From contig CAYXJU010000002.1 of the NCBI GenBank assembly GCA_964464765.1, forward strand, positions 1 to 52,744: a stretch of DNA of 52,744 nucleotides, in the 5' to 3' direction. How positions within the stretch are numbered: the stretch's first letter is position 1; the number at the start of each line of letters is the position of its first letter. Both the position numbers and the translations under genes were made by a program. Below are positions 37,058 through 46,431 of the stretch, in pieces. Below the pieces are notes generated by a model. That model was given only the letters and a program-made list of their open reading frames with translations. It had not been told where the DNA came from and ran no database searches. The stretch comes from an uncultured Candidatus Bathyarchaeia archaeon. Its GTDB lineage: Archaea > Thermoproteota > Bathyarchaeia > 40CM-2-53-6 > CAVXDP01.

Positions 37058-37074
37058 AACGCCGACTCGGCGTT
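37058..37074. promoter_or_regulatory. 17-bp palindrome AACGCCGA-C-TCGGCGTT in the orc1/cdc6 leader
   Basis: Perfect 8-bp arms. It lies between a TTATA box (37046-37050) and the GGAGG Shine-Dalgarno (37083-37087) preceding the GTG start at 37094. Confidence 0.45.
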
Positions 37075-37093
37075 TCTAACACGGAGGGTCGTA

Positions 37094-38341
37094 GTGTCAA
37101 CCATAGAGACATTGAGTGGAGTATTCGATAATTTTCTAAACGGAAAAAAGATCTTTCTCAACAGAGACGTGCTTAGAAACGACTACGTACCCGACGTACT
37201 TCCACATAGACATAATCACATTACTAAATTGGGAGGCATACTAGCACCTGCGCTTGGAGCCTCAAAAGTCTCAAACCTCTTTGTCTACGGGAAAACGGGA
37301 ACGGGAAAAACAGCCGTCACAAGACTTGTGCTCAGCAGGTTACAGGGAAAGGCAAGCGAGATCGGAGCGCCTGTTCACACCTGTTACATGAATTGTCGTC
37401 TCACTGGAACAAACTACCGGGTTCTTGCGGACCTGTGCAGATCGCTGGGAATAACCGTTCCCTTCACAGGTCTTGCGGTCGCGGAAGTCTTGAATCGTTT
37501 ACGAGAGGTGCTGAACCGTAAACGTCAGATGCTGATCGTTGCCCTCGACGAGATCGATGCCCTCGTCAAAGGTCGAGAAGAAGACAATCTACTGTACGAA
37601 CTCACGAGGATAAACGAGGGGTTGAAGGGCAGCTGGGTCGGACTGGTCGGCATATCAAACGACCTACACTTCAAGGAATTTCTTGATCCCCGCATTCTAA
37701 GCTGTCTAAGCGAGGAGGAGGTAGTCTTCAAACCCTATATGGCCGATGAGCTATACGACATTCTACTTAATAGGGCTAGGTCAGCTTTTGTGCAAGATGC
37801 TCTCAGCGACTCATCGCTTCGTCTTTGCGCAGCGTTGGCTGCAAGAGAGCATGGAGATGCGAGGAGAGCACTTGATCTTCTGAGAGTTGCGGGAGAACTC
37901 GCTGAGAGGGTAGGGGCCCTCACGGTTGCGGAAGATCATGTAAAGTCAGCTGAACGGAAGATAGAATACGACCGTGTCTCCGAGACTCTGAACTCTCTGC
38001 CTCTCCATCCGAAGATAGTTACGATAGGAACACATCTTCTCGAAAACCATTTTCCGGAGGGCGCCATAACAGGAGACCTTTACGGTCTGTACAGAGAGTT
38101 GTGCAGCAAGGCCGATATCGAACCTCTTACGCAGAGAAGAGTGAGCGGCCTCGTAAACGAATTGGACATAATGGGCGTTGTGAACGCGCGTGTTGTAAAC
38201 TTTGGCCGGTACGGAAGGACTAAGAAAATCCGACTAGCAGTAGAAGGAAGAACTATTGTCGAAACCTTCTCCCAGGATGGGTCAGTCAGCCACCTCTTAT
38301 CGCACACCCCAATCTCGATCCGTAGCAAGATCCCACGGTAG
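37094..38341 (+). CDS. cdc6: Orc1/Cdc6 replication initiator
   Basis: 415 aa. The N-terminus has FLNRDVLRNDYVPDVLPHRHNHI. Walker A is GKTGTGKT and Walker B is VALDEID. Sensor and wH C-terminal domains are present. GTG start with an SD. Confidence 0.95.
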   Translation: MSTIETLSGVFDNFLNGKKIFLNRDVLRNDYVPDVLPHRHNHITKLGGILAPALGASKVSNLFVYGKTGTGKTAVTRLVLSRLQGKASEIGAPVHTCYMNCRLTGTNYRVLADLCRSLGITVPFTGLAVAEVLNRLREVLNRKRQMLIVALDEIDALVKGREEDNLLYELTRINEGLKGSWVGLVGISNDLHFKEFLDPRILSCLSEEEVVFKPYMADELYDILLNRARSAFVQDALSDSSLRLCAALAAREHGDARRALDLLRVAGELAERVGALTVAEDHVKSAERKIEYDRVSETLNSLPLHPKIVTIGTHLLENHFPEGAITGDLYGLYRELCSKADIEPLTQRRVSGLVNELDIMGVVNARVVNFGRYGRTKKIRLAVEGRTIVETFSQDGSVSHLLSHTPISIRSKIPR

Positions 38342-38888
38342 ATATGTCGGTGTCGACGACGGAAGCTTCAACTTTCAACGACCAAGTAACTATAACAGAG
38401 ACAAGGTACTCCTTGCAGTAGTTCTGTTTCAAGGAACAAGAATAATTGCACTTCGGCTGGGAAAGATAACTATAGATGGCCTTGACGCTACAGCAACGTT
38501 GATTCGGCTTCTAAAGGGATTCAGTTTTGACGCCATCTTTCTCAGTGGGGTTTCCTTTGCTGGTTTCAACCTCATAGAGCCTTTCAGAGTATGCATGGCA
38601 TACAGGAAACCAGTGATCATAATTTCAGGAAGGCGACCCAACAACCGCTCCGTTAGAAGAGCCCTCAGGCTTCACTTTGAGGACTGGAAAGCTCGGTGGG
38701 CGACCATAAGAAAGCTTGGACCAATCTATAGTGTAAGAAGCTGCGCTGCAGAGCCCCCCCTCTTTTTTGAGGTTGTTGGAACATCCGCCGACAGGGCCAG
38801 AAGATTGATCAAAGAGTCAGCCAAGTTGAGCAGACTTCCCGAACCCATCAGGGTCGTGGGCCTAGTTGCGAAGGGTCTCAGCGCATGA
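38256..38888 (+). CDS. DUF99 (UPF0215) family protein
   Basis: YVGVDDGSF...LAVVLFQG...KITIDGLDATATLIRLL......IFLSGVSFAGFNLIEP......KPVIIISGRRP matches the DUF99 pattern. The only in-frame starts (ATG at 38256 or 38277) overlap the cdc6 3' end by 65-86 nt, so the start is uncertain. Confidence 0.6.
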   Translation: MSKPSPRMGQSATSYRTPQSRSVARSHGRYVGVDDGSFNFQRPSNYNRDKVLLAVVLFQGTRIIALRLGKITIDGLDATATLIRLLKGFSFDAIFLSGVSFAGFNLIEPFRVCMAYRKPVIIISGRRPNNRSVRRALRLHFEDWKARWATIRKLGPIYSVRSCAAEPPLFFEVVGTSADRARRLIKESAKLSRLPEPIRVVGLVAKGLSA

Positions 38889-38992
38889 GAGGATGAACAT
38901 CCCAAGGGTAAGGTAGCCCACATGAGTATCATCCTCGCCATGAAATATGCTTAAAAATAGAACTCAACAAGTAATAGTCAATTGGTGATTAC

Positions 38993-39421
38993 ATGCCTTA
39001 TTGCCATCAATGTAGAAAGGACTTCAAGGTGGTCCCTGCATGCCCGCAATGTGGTCTCCCACTTGTTTCTAGGGCAACAGCTGGCTTGGTCGTCTCAGTT
39101 ATCGCTGGAGCAATAGTGTTGATTACTGCGCTTCTTGTGTTACTCTTCTACCCAACATTTCTCAGCATCCTGGCCGCGCTCGGGCTAGGACTCCTCCTTT
39201 CCATAGCGCTCGTATACGGTCTCGTAATAGTGATGGTCGGCTTTGTATCGGGCATTCTGATGATGGTTGGTGGAGCTCTCATATATCTCCCGGGAAAAGA
39301 GAGGGCAGGGGCGGCACTTGTACTACTGTTCTCAATAGTGAGTCTAGTAGTGTTAGGCGGACTTATTGTTGGAATAACTCTGGGAATTGTCGGTGCGGGT
39401 CTAGGGTTCGCAAAGAAGTAG
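38993..39421 (+). CDS. Zinc-ribbon membrane protein (hypothetical)
   Basis: 142 aa. The N-terminus is CHQCRK...CPQCG, followed by 4 TM helices. Confidence 0.45.
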   Translation: MPYCHQCRKDFKVVPACPQCGLPLVSRATAGLVVSVIAGAIVLITALLVLLFYPTFLSILAALGLGLLLSIALVYGLVIVMVGFVSGILMMVGGALIYLPGKERAGAALVLLFSIVSLVVLGGLIVGITLGIVGAGLGFAKK

Positions 39422-40933
39422 CTAAGCCTCAGATAGGAAATTGATAGTAGCCACTTGAAGTGTCTGAAGATCCACAATAGGAAGAATGCCTGGAGTCGGC
39501 TCAAGTCCGAGCTTTCTCTGGTAATCGGTCTGGGCCTGCCACGCTCCTGAGTTAACAATGAGTGTTCCCCGATAACTTCTTCGCCCCAAGACATGTACAT
39601 GCCCGGAATGGAAGATGTCTGGGGGCTTCTGCACGACTAGGTGATCTTCTTCTTCGGGGGCAATCGACGCCGCCATTCCATAAGCAGGAACCAGATGCCT
39701 GCATTTCAGCAGGTATTCCATGGCTTTGTCTGGGGAGTGGAGTTCCATATCTGGGATTGAAGCCATCACATCGTTCAGGCTTGTTCCATGATAGAGTAGG
39801 AAATCGACTCCATGCAATCTAACCTCAGAGGGATTGCCCAGCGAGACGATCTTTCTGCTGTCATAGAGCGGTTTCGCATATTCTGAGGGGATCGCTGGTT
39901 GTGGCAGCGACTGTCTTGTTGCATCATGGTTACCAGGGATTAGTATCACCTCTATGTGCTCGGGGATCTGCTGTATGAATTGGGCGACCAATTGGTATTG
40001 TTGATAGATGTTGGGAATGGCTAGTTCTTCTTCTTGTCGGGGGTAGATTCCCACTCCATCCACAATATCGCCTGCAATAATCGCATATTTCGTTCTTCCA
40101 GCGAGTTCTATCTGTTGTCCCGAGCCCACCTTTCCGTTCATCCAGAGTATCATTTTTCTGAAGGCCGATTCGAGGAAGGTTTTGCTTCCAAAATGTATGT
40201 CTGAGATCAAAGCAACGTTGACAGGTTCCGAAGCTTTCGTAGGTTTTCTGTCTGGGATGTCTGGAAGGTAGATGCCCTTAGCGACTAATAGTTCGTTCCT
40301 TGCCCTGACGGCTTCGATGCAGAGAACTTGGTCAAGCGAAAGTCTCTGAGCGATCTCATACAAGCTCCTATCAACTTCGCCCAGAACCAGAACTGTAGCC
40401 GTGTTTTCAAGGTCGTCAACGTCTAGGAAAATCTTTCCGCCTCTTTCTCGCTTACCCATGATCATCGCAATGAACTTCACCTTCTCGTTTGACGGTGCAT
40501 CGAGTGCATAAGCTATGGACCGGGCGCCTCTCACATCGGATCTCTCGTGTAATATCATCGACATTTTTTCAAATCGGTCTCTGAAATATTTCACAAAAGA
40601 GTCGAGACTTCCTCGAGACGTGATGTTTTTGGTGGCGTCCGCCACAACTTCGATCTGTGATACAATATCGCGGGCAGGAACTTTTGGAGTTCCCACGCTT
40701 GGGGTAACCACGGGCTCCATTGTTTTCAAGATTTGCGTCGCAAAGAAGTCTTCCGTTATTACAAGTGGTCTTGGCGAGGTTTGGTTTGCTTTTTGTATCG
40801 CCCCACGAATCGACCTGCCGAGCTCTTCTTCATTCATCCTGCTAACAAGTTCGAAAGCATCCTTGCTAAGTTGGAATCCTTCAGAAGCAAGGGCCTCTAT
40901 TGCGTGACGCAGATTTTGCGAAAGATCAGGCAT
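39422..40933 (-). CDS. polB: DNA polymerase II (PolD) small subunit DP1 (Mre11-like phosphoesterase exonuclease)
   Basis: 503 aa. An OB-like middle region is followed by phosphoesterase motifs: VALISDIHFGSKTF, IIAGDIVDGVGIYP, IPGNHD, LYHGTS, SGHVH. Confidence 0.9.
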   Translation of the reverse strand: MPDLSQNLRHAIEALASEGFQLSKDAFELVSRMNEEELGRSIRGAIQKANQTSPRPLVITEDFFATQILKTMEPVVTPSVGTPKVPARDIVSQIEVVADATKNITSRGSLDSFVKYFRDRFEKMSMILHERSDVRGARSIAYALDAPSNEKVKFIAMIMGKRERGGKIFLDVDDLENTATVLVLGEVDRSLYEIAQRLSLDQVLCIEAVRARNELLVAKGIYLPDIPDRKPTKASEPVNVALISDIHFGSKTFLESAFRKMILWMNGKVGSGQQIELAGRTKYAIIAGDIVDGVGIYPRQEEELAIPNIYQQYQLVAQFIQQIPEHIEVILIPGNHDATRQSLPQPAIPSEYAKPLYDSRKIVSLGNPSEVRLHGVDFLLYHGTSLNDVMASIPDMELHSPDKAMEYLLKCRHLVPAYGMAASIAPEEEDHLVVQKPPDIFHSGHVHVLGRRSYRGTLIVNSGAWQAQTDYQRKLGLEPTPGILPIVDLQTLQVATINFLSEA

Positions 40934-41019
40934 TGGTCATATCCTCAAATCAGAAGCATCTATCACTGGCAACTGGAGTCTGAAACCATAGTTATGGCAC
41001 CAAGGTGAGTCAATGTGTG

Positions 41020-41128
41020 TGGCGCGGCGGGCCGGATTCGAACCGGCGTAGACCGTGAGGCCTACCGGCTCTATAGTCGCTTTCGCGGATCTCGAGGCCG
41101 GCGCATTAGACCGCTCTGCCACCGCCGC
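41020..41128 (-). tRNA. tRNA-Ser (anticodon CGA) with a ~20-nt anticodon-loop intron, long variable arm and encoded CCA
   Basis: The reverse complement reads GCGGCGG-TG-GCAGAGCGGTCTAATGC-G-CCGGC-CTCGAG[ATCCGCGAAAGCGACTATAG]A-GCCGG-TAGGCCTCACGGTCTAC-GCCGGTTCGAATCCGGC-CCGCCGC-G-CCA. Confidence 0.9.
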
Positions 41129-41199
41129 TTGAATCTTGGCCCTAAGGTCTGATTAGCAGTGGCTACTACGCTTAGTTTAAACATTCTTTTGTTACTTCA

Positions 41200-41835
41200 T
41201 TGTCGAAACATTGTTCTACAGGGCGTGAATCTTTCAAATTGAAGAAGGGTTCAAAGAAGTTGACAAGAGCTGTGCTGATCATCATGATTGTGATTGGTTT
41301 GAGCGTGGTCCTTCCTGGCTACATAACGATGCAGCGGAAAGAACTGGTTGAACCAGTGGGGTCGCTTTGGTTGGAAGAAGATTCAATTCTTGATCCGAAC
41401 TCGATACGTTTGGCTTGGGGGGTTCGTGCGCCACCCGGAAAAAATACTGATGGTTGGATCTTCGAGATTCTCTTGGAGGCTAATGACACTATTTGGCTTC
41501 GCTCGATGTGGTACGAAACAAATCAAGTCTTCTATGAATCGCATGGAAGCGCCTTGAAGACGACCGTTGTAATTAACGTGGATGAAAAGACTTCGAGAAT
41601 GGAATGGGTGTGGTATCTAGAGAATCCATCATCAAGCACAATCATGTTACATATAATGCGCGTTAGCTATTCTGGATTCCGGCAACCTCTCCGTACAACA
41701 GGAGTCATAACAATAGCGATCGGTGTGACAGTTTGTTTGGTTGCGTCTTCCCGACTTGTTCAAACTAGGAGTGCCCATAATCAGATTACGAAAGACCGAA
41801 CGAGTACAAGCTTCCCTGAGAATCTGCGTTCCTAG
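41200..41835 (+). CDS. Hypothetical membrane protein
   Basis: 211-aa ORF (TTG start) with an N-terminal TM ([15 protein letters not shown]) and a C-terminal TM ([14 protein letters not shown]). No family recognised. Confidence 0.4.
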   Translation: MSKHCSTGRESFKLKKGSKKLTRAVLIIMIVIGLSVVLPGYITMQRKELVEPVGSLWLEEDSILDPNSIRLAWGVRAPPGKNTDGWIFEILLEANDTIWLRSMWYETNQVFYESHGSALKTTVVINVDEKTSRMEWVWYLENPSSSTIMLHIMRVSYSGFRQPLRTTGVITIAIGVTVCLVASSRLVQTRSAHNQITKDRTSTSFPENLRS

Positions 41836-44009
41836 GTCGAACAGGTTCTGCATCCACCATTGTATTCAGAATTTAATGGCCGAATCACGTTCCCACCAAC
41901 ACCTGCTTTGTTGACCATGCTGATGTTAAGAACCTGTTCTTCACGGCTTCCGTCCCGGTAAACTGTTATGCCTTTGCAACCGATCTTGTAGGCTAGCATG
42001 AAGACTTCTTCAACGTCTTTTGGAGTTGCATCGTGCGGAAAGTTAACTGTCTTTGAGACTGCGTTGTCAGTGTGTTTCTGGAATGCTGCCTGAATTCTGA
42101 CGTGCCACTCCGGCGAGATATCATGCGAGGTTACAAAGACGCGTCGAATATCTGCTGGGATTCCTGCTAGGTCTTGGATCGAACCTCTTTCAGCGATTTT
42201 TCTCATTAATTCTTCACTGTGAAAACCTCTCTTGTACGCCACGGATTCGAAAATTGTATTCACTTCAAGGAGTTCAGTGCTGTCCATTACGTTACGGATG
42301 TAGGATATGGCGAATATCGGTTCGATTCCACTTGAACAGTTGGCGATTATGCTGAGGGTGCCAGTGGGGGCAATTGTCGTGGTTGTAGCATTCCTTAGTC
42401 TTTGGCCTCCTCCTGCAGCATAGACGCTTCGTTCGTAGTTCAAGAAGGTTCCACGTTTCTTTGCCAAATTCTCGCTGGCTTTTTTGGATTCGAGTTGAAT
42501 GAATTCCATAACCTCTTCTGCGATCTTGAGTGCATCATCCGAATTGTATGGAATGCCCAGTTGGACTAGCATATCTGCAAAACCCATGACGCCAAGGCCG
42601 ATCTTCCTATTTGCCTTTGTAATCTCGTCGATTTGTCTAAGTGGATAGCGGTTCATGTCGATAACATTGTCGAGGAAGTGAACAGTGGTTCTGAGGGTTT
42701 TGGCAAGTGTTTCATAGTCAATCTTTTCATCTTTCACCATCCTTGCAAGGTTGATCGAGCCGAGGTTACATGACTCGTACGGGAGGAGTGGCTGCTCGCC
42801 GCATGGATTTGTGCTCTCGATCTGGCCTACGTCAGGTGTGGGGTTGTCCTTGTTCATCCTGTCGATGAAGATCATGCCCGGCTCACCATTCTTCCAAGCC
42901 TGGTGAACTATCAGGCTGAACACTCGTCTAGCCTTCAGTTTTGTGGCGGCTTCACCGGTTCTAGGGTTTGTCAGCTCATACTCGTCGTCGTTTTCAACGG
43001 CTGCCATGAATTTGTCTGTTGCCGCCACTGAGATGTTGAAGTTGTTGAGTCTGTCATTATCTTCCTTTGCGAAGATGAACTCGATTATGTCGGGATGGTC
43101 AACTCTGAGGATGCCCATGTTCGCGCCTCTTCTAGTTCCACCCTGTTTCACAGTCTCTGTGGCTGCGTCAAAGACCGCCATGAAGGAAACTGGGCCGCTC
43201 GCAACTCCCTTCGTCGAGAACACTACATCATTCTTCGGTCTTATCTTGGAGAATGAGAAGCCTGTGCCTCCGCCGCTCTTGTGGATTAGGGCGGTGTTCT
43301 TGATGGCTTCAAAGATGCTTTCCATCGAGTCCTCTACCGGGAGGACGAAGCACGCTGAGAGTTGTTGAAGTTCTCGACCTGCGTTCATAAGGGTTGGTGA
43401 GTTCGGCAGAAATTCAAGGTTCGTCATGAGTCTGTAGAATTCTTCTTCTGTCATTTTCATATCGGCGTTCGGATCGTATAGCGCGTCGGCGCTTGCAATA
43501 TTCTGGGCTACTCGGCGAAACATAGCTGTCGGAGTTTCGATTGGTCGACCAGATTCGTCTTTTCTAAGATATCTGCGTTCCAAGACGTTTATCGCGTTTG
43601 GTGATAGTCTACCATCAAGATCGGAGTCCAGAAGCATCGACTTAGTTTCACGAATCGTCTTGCGTTGTTGGCGGTAGAGAATATACGCCTTCGCCATTCT
43701 AGCGTGTCCGGCCTCGATCAGTACGTCTTCGACAACGTCTTGAACATCTTCAACCGTTGGAATAGATTTTTCATCATATTCAGTGTTGAGGATTTGGATC
43801 ACTCTCCGGGACAACGTTTCCGCGATAAGTCTGTCCTGCTGTCCCACTGCTTGGGCAGCTTTCAAAATTGCGTTTGTTATCTTCTGGCTGTCAAACGTGA
43901 CTATTCTACCGTCTCTCTTGCGAATCTGAGAAATCCTAGCCTTCAGTGTCTCAACTGCTTCTACCTTAATGGACTCACGTGAGCGATCTACTTTTGCATC
44001 CAATGACAA
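41832..44009 (-). CDS. nrdJ: Class II (adenosylcobalamin-dependent) ribonucleotide reductase with N-terminal ATP-cone
   Basis: 725 aa. ATP-cone is [23 protein letters not shown]. Finger-loop/catalytic block is [23 protein letters not shown]. The C-terminal redox pair is GGCRTCS. No NrdB-like gene is nearby, which favours class II. TTG start. Confidence 0.85.
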   Translation of the reverse strand: MSLDAKVDRSRESIKVEAVETLKARISQIRKRDGRIVTFDSQKITNAILKAAQAVGQQDRLIAETLSRRVIQILNTEYDEKSIPTVEDVQDVVEDVLIEAGHARMAKAYILYRQQRKTIRETKSMLLDSDLDGRLSPNAINVLERRYLRKDESGRPIETPTAMFRRVAQNIASADALYDPNADMKMTEEEFYRLMTNLEFLPNSPTLMNAGRELQQLSACFVLPVEDSMESIFEAIKNTALIHKSGGGTGFSFSKIRPKNDVVFSTKGVASGPVSFMAVFDAATETVKQGGTRRGANMGILRVDHPDIIEFIFAKEDNDRLNNFNISVAATDKFMAAVENDDEYELTNPRTGEAATKLKARRVFSLIVHQAWKNGEPGMIFIDRMNKDNPTPDVGQIESTNPCGEQPLLPYESCNLGSINLARMVKDEKIDYETLAKTLRTTVHFLDNVIDMNRYPLRQIDEITKANRKIGLGVMGFADMLVQLGIPYNSDDALKIAEEVMEFIQLESKKASENLAKKRGTFLNYERSVYAAGGGQRLRNATTTTIAPTGTLSIIANCSSGIEPIFAISYIRNVMDSTELLEVNTIFESVAYKRGFHSEELMRKIAERGSIQDLAGIPADIRRVFVTSHDISPEWHVRIQAAFQKHTDNAVSKTVNFPHDATPKDVEEVFMLAYKIGCKGITVYRDGSREEQVLNISMVNKAGVGGNVIRPLNSEYNGGCRTCST

Positions 44010-44682
44010 TGATCTCCACAGAAATGTGGCAATAGGTGTCTATTGCCGTACGTCAACTACAGGCCATCAGGAGTTTAATGATTCTTAACTGTTTTGTATA
44101 AACTTCTGTACTGATCACTACTTGAAATTGTACTTCACAAAGAAAATCTCTGCAAGGGTCAGACACATCTTCGCCGAGGTTCATGTAGACTACATCATCT
44201 GAATAATCGGACTTGCTCTATTAGTCTAGATCTTCAAGAAGAACACACATTGGTAGTCGAAAATCTCCCAAAGAGGAATGTATCGGAATCCGAGAACAAT
44301 TTGAAGATGATGATTATTCAAGACAACTGCGGAATATCCGTTCTCCATGTCAGAGTTTCATTGGAAGGTTGCAGATGATTTCAGAATTCTTAATGGCGCA
44401 CAACCTAGAGGTCTCGCGCTGCAGCTTGGCGCTTTGAGGAGACTTGTCGAAGCTGGAGTGAGTTGCCATCCAGCAGTAATGGCATCTTTCTCCTCGTATG
44501 GGTTATTGAAGCGTTACGAAAGAGAATACAACGGACAGCTGTAAACTAGGAGAAATGATAGAAATTGAGGAGACAATCACGTACCCGCAGGTTGCTGAGA
44601 GAATGGAACGTTATGGACTAAAGCCTTACGTTTTACACTTGCCAAGCGATGTTCCAGATCGAATGATCTGATTGAGGATATT

Positions 44683-44844
44683 TTAGAGGATCTCTTTCTT
44701 GAAAGCCTCAAGAGTCGTTTTTCGGCAGTCAGGGCATATTCGCAGATGATACCTCTCATTTGGTAGATACTGGTTACACCATTCACACTTCTTCAGTTGC
44801 CCTATCCTTTCGCCTTTGCTCCTGCCCTTCGGTTTCTTTATCAT
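44683..44844 (-). CDS. Small basic zinc-ribbon protein (53 aa), hypothetical
   Basis: ATG..TAA ORF below the track cutoff: MIKKPKGRSKGERIGQLKKCEWCNQYLPNERYHLRICPDCRKTTLEAFKKEIL. A CxxC-x15-CxxC motif is present. The overlapping 69-aa track ORF (44577-44786) looks non-coding. Confidence 0.4.
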   Translation of the reverse strand: MIKKPKGRSKGERIGQLKKCEWCNQYLPNERYHLRICPDCRKTTLEAFKKEIL

Positions 44845-45015
44845 AACTGTCACCGGGCCGATCCTCTTGTCTAAGCTAAGCTCTGCTAGAACCGGCCTAG
44901 CATGTATATCGTCGCGACCTGCTTTAAAAAGTTAACAAGATTTATATGTTAGCTCGATATACAAGATAACAAAGCTAGTTTAGTATATCATGTTTTACAA
45001 TCTAGCAAAACGAGC

Positions 45016-45435
45016 ATGATCAACATGGCCTCAAACACGGTCTTGATTAGAGGGTTAGATCGAGACCTGTACAATAAGGTTGTGGCTAGGTCGAAGGAGC
45101 AAGGCAAGAACGTTGCCCACTTGATGAACGAGGCAATGCAGGAGTACGTTAAGCGGCTTGACGGAGAGAAGCATGAGGCTTCAAATGAAAAGAAGATTGC
45201 AATCTCTGGTTCGGTGGCAATCTCTAAGGCGGATCTTGTAGGGATCCATGGCGAAGTTGGGAAGTTCATTTTGGAAAACAGCGGAGACCTGACTCTTGAG
45301 GACGACATTGATCGCGAGGCACTGCAATGTCTCTCCGGAATTCGAAACACTGGCAGACTCAAAGTACCGAGGGACATACACCATCTGACATTACTCAAAG
45401 CAGGGCATATTCACGGAGAGATCGAGAAATACTAA
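45016..45435 (+). CDS. Ribbon-helix-helix (CopG/Arc-like) domain protein with C-terminal beta-rich extension
   Basis: 139 aa. The N-terminus NTVLIRGLDRDLYNKVVARSKEQGKNVAHLMNEAMQEYVKRL is RHH-like. The C-terminus has repeated G-x-[IV] strands (ISGSVAISKADLVGIHGEVGKFILENSGDLTL). Confidence 0.5.
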   Translation: MINMASNTVLIRGLDRDLYNKVVARSKEQGKNVAHLMNEAMQEYVKRLDGEKHEASNEKKIAISGSVAISKADLVGIHGEVGKFILENSGDLTLEDDIDREALQCLSGIRNTGRLKVPRDIHHLTLLKAGHIHGEIEKY

Positions 45436-45476
45436 AGAACTGGAAGAACTGATCGGTTCCGTTGGAATGCACAGTT

Positions 45477-46340
45477 CTATCCTTTCTCGAGTCCTCCAAC
45501 GGCGAAGATTGAGTCGAGTCGACGTCTTGGAACGCCGCCTCTGAACATCTCTGCGACTTTTCCGACCGACGAGAATCCTGACTCTGTTAGTACTTGGTCA
45601 GCTCGGCGATTCTCCTCAGGAACTGTAACTTCAACGGTCTTTCCCTTCATCTTGTTCAATGTGGCTTCCAGAAGCGCTTCTGCGAACTGATAAGTCTCAT
45701 GATTGCAGACCCATGGACCAATCTCATATCCAGATTGAGAACCTTTAGCAAAAATATAACCCGAGACTCTGCCATGATGTTCCACAACAAAGCAGAGGTC
45801 AGGATAATCACGGTAAAGTAGTTCTAGTAGTCGCGTTCTGTCAGCCCCAAATCGATCTCTATCAAATTTTGCCACTTCGTTCAAGCAATTGAGTCTGAGT
45901 CGTTTTGCTACGCTGCATCCAGCTTCTGCTTTCCCAACATATCTCACAAACAATGCGTTCTCCAAGAAACCAAACTTCTCGTAGAGTGAACGAATACTCA
46001 GATACGAGTGAAGTCCGATTTTACTGATTTTCTTCGCTTCAATGTATGAAATTGCGCGATCAATAAGCTGACCTCCTACGCCTTGACCTCTCACTGACTT
46101 TGCAACTATGACGTTACCAATCCAGGCGACACGATCGTAGGTTGTGGTCGTTATCAGTCCAATTCTTTCTCTTCCGTCGGCGGCAACGAAACAGCCACGA
46201 GGATCAAGTCTAAGTAATCTGAGAAAGTCTTTACGCGTGAACTCCCACTTCTCAGTGTCTGTAAGTTCAACCGCGAACGGTATGTCGGTAGGTTCCATCA
46301 CTCTTACCGCAACCATAATCATCCCCAACTTTGCCCACAA
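45477..46340 (-). CDS. GNAT-family N-acetyltransferase (tandem GNAT domains)
   Basis: 287 aa. The acetyl-CoA binding motif VRGQGVGGQLIDRA is present, and a second GNAT-like half follows. Confidence 0.8.
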   Translation of the reverse strand: MWAKLGMIMVAVRVMEPTDIPFAVELTDTEKWEFTRKDFLRLLRLDPRGCFVAADGRERIGLITTTTYDRVAWIGNVIVAKSVRGQGVGGQLIDRAISYIEAKKISKIGLHSYLSIRSLYEKFGFLENALFVRYVGKAEAGCSVAKRLRLNCLNEVAKFDRDRFGADRTRLLELLYRDYPDLCFVVEHHGRVSGYIFAKGSQSGYEIGPWVCNHETYQFAEALLEATLNKMKGKTVEVTVPEENRRADQVLTESGFSSVGKVAEMFRGGVPRRRLDSIFAVGGLEKG

Positions 46341-46431
46341 TCATTCGACAGGTTATTAAGATCGTCCGAGACTTGACCAAATGCCCAAGGCAGATCTGAG
46401 TAGAATAGATCGCAACCATCTCTCCTGAGAT

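Noticed and set aside
40937-41122. 61-aa minus-strand ORF overlapping tRNA-Ser
   Set aside because: It is entirely explained by the tRNA-Ser gene (41020-41128). It has no coding features.
44347-44544. 65-aa plus-strand ORF upstream of nrdJ
   Set aside because: No motif and an Ala/Leu/Arg-rich shadow-like composition. It lies in the nrdJ promoter-leader region. Not excluded, but unsupported.
45016-46340. RHH protein plus GNAT acetyltransferase as a TacAT/AtaRT-type toxin-antitoxin pair
   Set aside because: The genes are convergent (plus and minus strands) rather than in an operon. The GNAT is a 287-aa tandem-domain enzyme rather than a ~170-aa toxin. The RHH protein has a long extra domain.
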